In this document: positions 63,301 through 64,000 of the stretch, one piece after another
How positions within the stretch are numbered: the first letter of the stretch is position 1
Layout: each line of letters begins with the position of its first letter
Origin: Mobula hypostoma
Lineage: Eukaryota
DNA length: 64,000 nucleotides
Assembly (NCBI RefSeq): GCF_963921235.1
Contig: NC_086119.1
Location: 44,144,001 to 44,208,000 of the forward strand
Direction of reading: 5' to 3'
Position numbers and translations under genes: made by a program
Notes under the pieces: model-generated
Database searches by the model: none
Seen by the model: only the letters and a program-made list of their open reading frames with translations
Told to the model about the DNA's origin: nothing

Positions 63301-64000
63301 CTTGTTATCTTTGTTTTCCGTGAAATATATGTGCCCTTCCCTTTCCATCCTTACAATCTTCCCAGATATCTGCACTTCTTTAATTCTGACCATCTAAACT
63401 TCTCCAGTTTAAATTTCCTCCACCACTGCCTTCCACTTCCCGGACTCTGGAATTCTGCTCCTAAACCTCTCCAACTCTCTTACCTCTCCTTCCTCTTGAC
63501 ATGCATAGAATTGTCCGGAAGGAAGTGAAGATAGCACGAGCGAGATAGCTAGTTAGCTTGGCTTTACTTTCTCATACTTGCTTCAGCTACAGGAGGCCAT
63601 TTGGTCCATTGAATCTAAGCTGGCTCTCAGGGCACATCTGTAAGTTCCATTGCACTGTGCAATCTTGTAACCTTTGACCTTTCATGTCAACTGCCTCCTA
63701 CCAAAATCATTTTTTTAATCAACCACCAAAAATATGCCTACGTAAGGCATCCCTTCTCCAATCCTTAAAGCAGCATGAGCCAGATTTCTATTTGATCTTG
63801 ATCCCTTAAGCTTCTGATCCTTTTACATCTCCATTGCAACGGCATTGACTGGAGAACTGAAAGCTTTAAGGAGGACCTGGTGGCCTATCCTTACTGCCTG
63901 AGACTCTGCAAGTATTTTAATTTTTTTCCTGTGGACCGTGGGGGAACTAGTTCCCACCGGGAATGTGGTCCCGTATAATGACAGCCAGATCGGTAAACGT

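Noticed and set aside
41519-64000. Searched for the CLIP2 CAP-Gly exon (GERVWVNG..PG, GKNDG)
   Set aside because: Not found in the ORF track or by reading; it presumably lies beyond the window

Overview
Eukaryotic, repeat-rich vertebrate genomic DNA. The repeat set (CR1, Rex1/Babar-like, Penelope-like, V-SINE, Tx1-like) suggests a cartilaginous fish, probably a ray or skate; this is inference. Two host genes can be read directly. (1) A complete 10-exon RAD51D on the minus strand: ATG 35851 to TAG 15225, 999 nt, 332 aa, all introns GT-AG, Walker A GGPGSGKT intact. (2) The 5' end of a CLIP2 (CLIP-115)-like gene on the plus strand, missed by the ORF track: a probable non-coding exon ending at 41130 and a first coding exon 41416-41518 (MSLLKPSGLKAPGRVNKHSSPMGR...KE). 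Its next exon (CAP-Gly) was not found, so about 41.5-64 kb appears intronic. The rest is mostly decayed transposons: a three-level nested CR1/Gypsy/solo-LTR/Rex1 stack at 4.5-10 kb, three solo LTRs, Tigger/Tc1/hAT relics, a young CORE-SINE family with 12-bp TSDs, and many Penelope-derived repeats carrying minimal hammerhead-ribozyme motifs from two families. There is one 162-N gap. I found no convincing wholly new protein-coding system. The most notable signals are the dispersed hammerhead-ribozyme repeats, the CLIP2 start with uORFs head-to-head with RAD51D, and a coding-like 33-bp repeat near 1.8 kb.
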